From Octopus bimaculoides (Eukaryota), in the NCBI RefSeq assembly GCF_001194135.2, contig NC_068983.1, positions 93,142,839-93,182,668 on the forward strand: a DNA stretch of 39,830 nucleotides, given 5' to 3'. The position numbers and the translations under genes are program-made. The first letter of the stretch is position 1. Each line of letters begins with the position of its first letter. Positions 36,613-39,830 of the stretch are shown in pieces. Below the pieces are notes generated by a model. The model saw only the letters and a list, made by a program, of their open reading frames with translations, was not told the origin of the DNA and did no database searches.

Positions 36613-36753
36613 CAGAAGCATGGCCTAATCGAGCCATTTCAGGGGATCGTTTTGTCCCTGATGTTGATGCCCAGATGCTGCTATCAGGTATTCCTCCACT
36701 TTCCATTCCAAGTGGAATTGGTTCCATACAATCATCATCATGAAATACTGGTC
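36613..36753 (-). CDS. Internal coding exon: N-terminal part of a discoidin / coagulation factor 5/8 type C (FA58C) domain
   Basis: 141 nt bounded by acceptor ttttatcttatatttcag| and donor |gtaagt, phase 1-1. Translates (G)PVFHDDDCMEPIPLGMESGGIPDSSIWASTSGTKRSPEMARLGHAS(G), matching the FA58C consensus C..PLGMESG.I.D..I.AS.......ARL seen in neuropilin, DDR, lactadherin and CPXM-type proteins. The parent gene cannot be named. Confidence 0.9.
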
Positions 36754-37484
36754 CTGAAATATAAGATAAAATATAATGAAGAAATCCATCAGAACTATGA
36801 TGTAACTCAGTCTATATTCTTTAATACAGATCTAGATATCTAGATGCAATTTGGAAACGGATCTCAGTGTGAGATAATTTACAAGACTTGTGGATATTGT
36901 AATACAGTTTGACTTTGAAAATTATAATTCTGGTAAGTTGTGTTGAATAAGGTTTATAATTCACAAAGCTGAGTCACTGAATCAGATTTCAAACATATGC
37001 AAGTAGAAATGTCAATTTACTATTCGTAAATGTTGCTACCTTGTACCAATGTTATATTCTTTAAGTCTTGGGATCAAATTGTTTTATTCTTTCTATTTAT
37101 CCAAGATTATTAAAATATTTACAAGTAGAATACAAGGATCAATACAATTATGTAGACTCAACCCTAAGTTTGTGGTTAGAGAACAGCAATTTGAAGACTT
37201 ATCCATTCAAACATTTTGTAGTAACTAAAACTCAATACACTAGGATGAGGACATATAAATAATAATTACTAAAAGAGATTAAATTATGACATTTATACCA
37301 AATTTATTATCAACCCACCAAAAATGTCTCAAAAGATAGCTCCTGATCTTGATATGTGAAACAGAAATATCTGATAGGCTACTGTTTACTCATGTGTTAT
37401 AGATTACCAGTACTTCCAGGTAGTCCATGCTCTACTATTATTATCTAGCCAGTCATAACTATTATTAACTATTAGCATCATTAC

Positions 37485-37900
37485 CATGCAGGAAAAAAGT
37501 GCTTAGTGGCATTTCTTCTATCTTTACCTTGTGAGTTCAAATTCCAGATGTCAATTTTGCCTTGTCCTTTTGAAGGTGAAGCACCAGTTGAGCACTCACT
37601 CCCTAAACTGGCACTTATTTTATCACCCCCAAATTCCAGGCTTTGTGTCTAGAGTAGAAAGAATTATGATTATTACTATTACTAAGGTGGAAAGTGGGCA
37701 GAATTGTTAGCACACTGGGCAAAATTCTTAGCAGCATTTCATCTATCCTTACATTCTGAGTTCAAATTTCACCAAGGTCAACTTTGCCTCTCATTCCTTT
37801 CAGTGTAAATAAAATAAATAACAGTAGAGCACTGGGGTTGCTGTAATCAACTTACCTCCTCCCCCAAAATTGCTGGCCTTGTGTCAATATTTGAAATCAA
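37485..37900 (+). mobile_element. Two tandem type A SINEs
   Basis: gtgagttcaaattcc (37531) and ctgagttcaaatttcaccaaggtcaactttgcctctcattcc (37756), gcactggggttg. Confidence 0.8.
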
Positions 37901-37939
37901 TATTATTGTTTTACTTCTCGGAGTGCTCTGTCTTGTTTG

Positions 37940-38420
37940 CTCTGGTAGATTCACGCGAGAGCAGACAGCAGTCTGCTGTCAGAGGTCTCCTTCTGCACAT
38001 TATAAGCTTTGATACTTGCTTGTTAGTGCTCCAAGAGCCCCTACAACTACTGGAATGACAGACACTCTCCTCATAGTCCATATTCTTGCAATTTCATCTT
38101 TTAGTAGTCTGTACTTTTCAATCTTTTCTAGTTCTTTTTCACTTATGCGTGCATCTCCAGGTATTGCAATCTTGGTTTCCTTTTTTTCATTTATCTACCA
38201 TAACAATATCTGGTCTTCAAGCACTGATTTGGGAGTCACAATGTATTGTAAATCCCACAGTATCTTATATTCCTTGTTCTTGGTGACTCCTTCTGGTTCG
38301 TGTTCATACCAATTTCTGTGCTCTGTCCAGGCCGTATTTTTCATGTAGCATCCAGTGGATGAACTTAGCCATGTTATCGTGCTTCCATTTGCAGTGCTTT
38401 TGGGCCAGCTTGCTACACTC
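37940..38420 (-). mobile_element. Decayed 3' end of an R4/Dong-type LINE
   Basis: Minus strand: HDNMAKFIHW, WYEHEPEGV.KNKEYKILWD, RPDIVMVDK, IAIPGDARISEKELEKIEKYRLLKDEIARIW, VIPVVVGALG. Confidence 0.85.
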
Positions 38421-38489
38421 ACAATATATGAGATTGTTTCATTTTTGCTGTATTATAATTACTATTATGGCAGTGAACTGGCAAAAATT

Positions 38490-38650
38490 GAAAGAACATT
38501 AGGAAAAATAGCTGATGGTCAACTTTGCCTTTCATCCCTCTACAGTCAATAAAATAAACTACTAATCAAACAGTGGAGTTGATGACACTGACAAATTTCC
38601 TTCTCTCAAAAGTCGCTGGCTTTGTGCCTAAATCAGAAGCCATTATTATT
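38490..38650 (+). mobile_element. Type A SINE, 5'-degraded
   Basis: ggtcaactttgcctttcatcc..gtcaataaaataa...ctggctttgtgcctaaat.agaa followed by an (att)n tail. Confidence 0.7.
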
Positions 38651-38989
38651 ATTATTCTTATAATTATGGTTACTTCAGTTATGGAATTATTGTAAAAATT
38701 TTAGTGAGATGATCTAAGACAAATCTGCATTCTGCACGAAGATCCTTTTTACTGAGTAGCACTGACAATGGTCATTGTCACTTTGTGATACAATAGTCTC
38801 ACCACCATCTATTGTTGGACATCAAAAACTCATAATCCTGCAAACAATTTGTAACCATTTTGAGTTATTTGTTCTCTAGCACACAGGTATCATCATAACA
38901 ACAGTGGAAATACAAGCATATGGCAATAGCAGAGGGAGATTTTACCTCTGTGATTATGGCTACAAGTGCAAAGCATTTTAACTACATCC

Positions 38990-39390
38990 TTATATCATCT
39001 TCACCATTGCTTTTCCATACTTGCATGGGTCAAACAGAATTCATTGAAGCAGATTTTCTATGACCAGATGCCCTCTCTGTCACCTACCCTCACCTGTTTC
39101 CTGATGGTCAGACACATTTTTACCATACCAAACATATTTTCACAAGAGATTGGAAGAGGACACTACTTGTATGGCAGTAACTCATTTATAATGACCACAA
39201 AATGTCAATGCAAGGAAACACACACGTGATGGGCTTCTTTCAGTTTTCATCTCCCCAAACCATTCACAAGGTTTTCTTGGTCAACCTGGAGCTACAGCAG
39301 AAGATATGTACACAAGGCACAGGCAGAGGAATCGAACCTGAAACAATATGGTTGGGAAGCAAATTTTTTAACTACACCATGGCAAACCAA
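38990..39390 (-). mobile_element. Type B tail fragment (38990-39120) and type C SINE (39200-39390)
   Basis: ccattgcttttccatacttgcatggg..gaccagatgccct; gatgggcttctttcagttttc..ccaaaccattcacaagg..aatcgaacctgaaac. Confidence 0.7.
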
Positions 39391-39782
39391 GCTATGGAGC
39401 ATAGTAGTATAGTGCCAGTGAGAACTTAAGAACACTGCATTCTGCAAAATTGCTTAGAGAACTGAGAGAGCAAGAATAGCTGTTTCAGGCTGATAAATTG
39501 AGTATAATCTTAGTTGTTCAACCCAACTGACAGAACTTGCAAAGTTAAAGAACAAAGTGATAAATAGGAGATGTACAAGGAACTGTGTTTCTACTAAAAT
39601 AATTAAGGAGGGCTGGAGGCTAAGAGAAATACAAAACATTCAGAAAGTTGCTATTGCTGACTCAAGAAAAAGCAAGATTTAGCAAATGAAAATGCCAGGA
39701 GATTATGAAACCAAAATGTAATATAATAAACTTCACTGCGTATTTACATATACTAGCAAGTCTTATGGAAATTCCACAGGAG

Positions 39783-39783
39783 A

Positions 39784-39830
<47 letters not shown>
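39783..39830. repeat. (TA)n microsatellite at window end
   Basis: Directly visible. Confidence 0.97.

Noticed and set aside
38700-38840. Minus acceptor ttgtttgcag followed by CPTIDGGETIVSQSDNDHCQC
   Set aside because: All three frames hit a stop soon after the acceptor and no donor was found; at most a UTR exon.
1-39830. CRISPR arrays, rRNA or tRNA genes, operons, defence systems
   Set aside because: No regularly spaced repeat-spacer array and no long ORFs. tRNA-like boxes occur only as SINE heads.

Overview
AT-rich, repeat-dense animal genomic DNA from a draft assembly, with two N-gaps (7855-7992, 29985-30104), each bordered by a microsatellite on its right side. The SINE families match my recollection of Octopus repeats (inference, not searched). 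There is no prokaryotic gene structure, no CRISPR array and no rRNA or tRNA gene I can support. Almost every ORF in the supplied track is spurious or transposon-derived. The one well-supported host-gene piece is a minus-strand, phase 1-1 exon (36613-36753) encoding the start of a discoidin / F5/8 type C domain. A 26-nt micro-exon 11 kb downstream (25560-25585) probably supplies the domain's conserved G-W motif; I could not find the rest of the domain. The remainder is mostly decayed mobile elements: Academ, DD37D maT mariner, pogo-like with a Brinker-type DBD, a probable Sola-type transposase, hAT and TTAA-bounded MITEs, RTE, R4/Dong and CR1-group LINE fragments, and three SINE types. I did not find a convincing novel multi-gene system. 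The best leads are the micro-exon architecture of the discoidin gene, the four-family DNA-transposon pile-up in its intron, a young 89-bp direct duplication, and several orphan spliceable open frames. Repeat boundaries are read by eye and are approximate unless terminal repeats are quoted.
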